DNA from: Phoronis australis
Taxonomy: Eukaryota; Animalia; Phoronida
Assembly: GCA_002633005.1 (NCBI GenBank)
Contig: NMRA01000567.1
Span: forward strand, 208,778 to 272,777
Reading direction: 5' to 3'
Length of the DNA stretch: 64,000 nt
Position 1 is the stretch's first letter. Every line of letters starts with the position of its first letter. Positions 62,192-64,000 of the stretch are shown here, piece by piece. The translations under genes were made by a program, and so were the position numbers. Below the pieces are notes generated by a model. That model searched no databases. It was given only the letters and a program-made list of their open reading frames with translations, and was not told where the DNA came from.

Positions 62192-64000
62192 CTGAAAATA
62201 CATACACATATAAATGAATACATACATACATACATAAATATTTACATTAAAACATAAATGCATGCATAAATTTACGTATGTATAAATACAGCAGTTAACA
62301 TGAATCGAACGGCACGACTTGTACATAGCCCAGGACCTGAGACCGAGCCTCGGGGATGATTGCGGCGCCTGCAGGTGTTACATTGCGCTATCTAAAATTA
62401 CGCAACCCGTCGTCGATAGTTGACCTTACTTGTTGATCCGAGGTTAAGTTTGGAAAACTGAAATTCGACAAGATGTCTAAATACGACTGTAAAACAGATA
62501 CCCGCGTCATTCATCATTTAATCTCACAAAAAGAACTTTATGTGTATTATCTTATCCAGGTTGATGTCTGCCAAAATAAAAAAAAACAAAATAAGAAAGG
62601 TGCTGTTTCTTAACAAGCTGTTGTCATGATCTTACCTTTCAGCTACAGCTTCAAAACGGCCAATGGCGCAAAGCCGCAGCATGCAGTTTTTGTCTCATCC
62701 CAAAATAAAAATACCATAATGCAGGTACGGGGTTCAGTCAGATTGAGACTCCGTGACGTCATTCGTTTTCAAGTAGCGCCCTCTGTTCATTTGCCGTGCT
62801 TGTCTAGTTCGTTTAAAGGAGCATGCCACCCAAAAAAAGAACCTAATTTGTATCAATTTAAATCGAGTAGTTCTACTCCATAACGACACGTACAGTTGCG
62901 TTACCTGACACCTGACGGAAGACGGATGTTGAAATTAACCAATGACGTCATCGGTTTCCCACGCAGTCTGTTCAGCAGTTCACAACACGGGTTACTGGTG
63001 TCAGCTTATCGCTTGAAGTCATCGTTTAACACCAATAAATCATCAAACGTCGATGTAAAACCCTTAAAATACAACGAGTTCTCATAAAAACGTGTTGTTT
63101 TATTTCGATCTTACGGATTTATTGGTATTTGGACACACCGTAGCCTACAATTAAAGTTCGGCAAAGTCAATAAGGTCCGTAGCAGGAGTTTGGGGTTTGT
63201 TCGGAGATAATTTCGAGATATTTTCCGTGAGATACAGATCTGTGTTGTTTAGACTTGTGATTTTTTTAGTTCTAAACACAAAACGCTTGTTAGCCTGGCC
63301 AATGGCTCGTAGCACGATCAGGCCCGTCGCGGCCGCCCGGATTGACTCGTTATACCCGCCAGTGGCTCGGAAACTGATCAGACATCACTGACGAACATAA
63401 ACCAGCCAAAGCTCAGTGGAAACTAAACTTCCAGTCGAGAAAATACTATACTATAGTGAGCCAAAGTAATGTGCACCTGATTATGTTGGTGAATTAGCCA
63501 CGAAACTTCAAATCTACTTACTCGTCGGGGGCTGCCAATTCAGGTTCCGCTTTTGCCACAGCACCGTCAGGGCAGAAGTTGTACATTGACGATCATTATT
63601 TGAGTAATGTAAATGTAAATAAAGATTCCCCTAACGCCTGGCCGTGGGATGGAAATAGAGTTGTTTCACAATGGTTTCTGCCAGCAAACAGTGAATTAGC
63701 ATGAGCTCACACGGCCTAGGTGTCCCGTCAATTAGTTTTATTGAACCTAAAGACCGTAACGCAGTGAATTATTCATTGTTGACTTCTCAAATCATTTGCA
63801 CTCACGAACACTTCAAAGGCATTACAAATTGCATCTAACGAGACATACTTTGTAAACAGTTTTATATAACTATTGGTTAGAGTGAGAATAATTCATTTTG
63901 AAATAGAATGCTCAGTAATAAACGCCAACATGGCAACTCGCAATCCCGACTTAGTCGACGAGCTAGAGCTCATCAGTCCCGACTTCGCAGGTGGATCTTT

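Noticed and set aside
63152-63385. Stop-free minus-strand frame (CLISFRATGG...DFAEL*)
   Set aside because: No start or acceptor in frame and no recognisable family

Overview
AT-rich, intron-containing, repeat-rich animal genomic DNA, most likely a bilaterian invertebrate; the species cannot be fixed from sequence alone. The ORF track misses most real genes because they are spliced. From left to right: the last two exons of GLO1 (+); four exons of ALKBH1 (-), whose catalytic 3' exons are not visible; a complete 4-exon SLIRP (+), head-to-head with ALKBH1 as in human; a single-exon GT11 alpha-1,2-fucosyltransferase (+); and four minus-strand, KRAB-less C2H2 zinc-finger paralogs (two open, two decayed) that share an acidic N-terminal region with SUMO motifs. 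An orphan AT-hook/ZNF653-N-like exon lies inside that cluster. The window also holds many transposon relics: MITEs, tRNA-SINEs, Helentron/HINE-like elements (one carrying an array of CTCF-like motifs), a 4.3-kb TIR element, a foldback, a BEL/Pao remnant and an intron-split IS3EU-like transposase. The most unusual signal is one 19-bp palindrome at two unrelated loci, each copy flanked by its own 7-bp direct repeat. Single Ns at 2579, 12372, 15810 and 26418 probably mark assembly joins. All homology calls are from recalled family motifs, not database searches.
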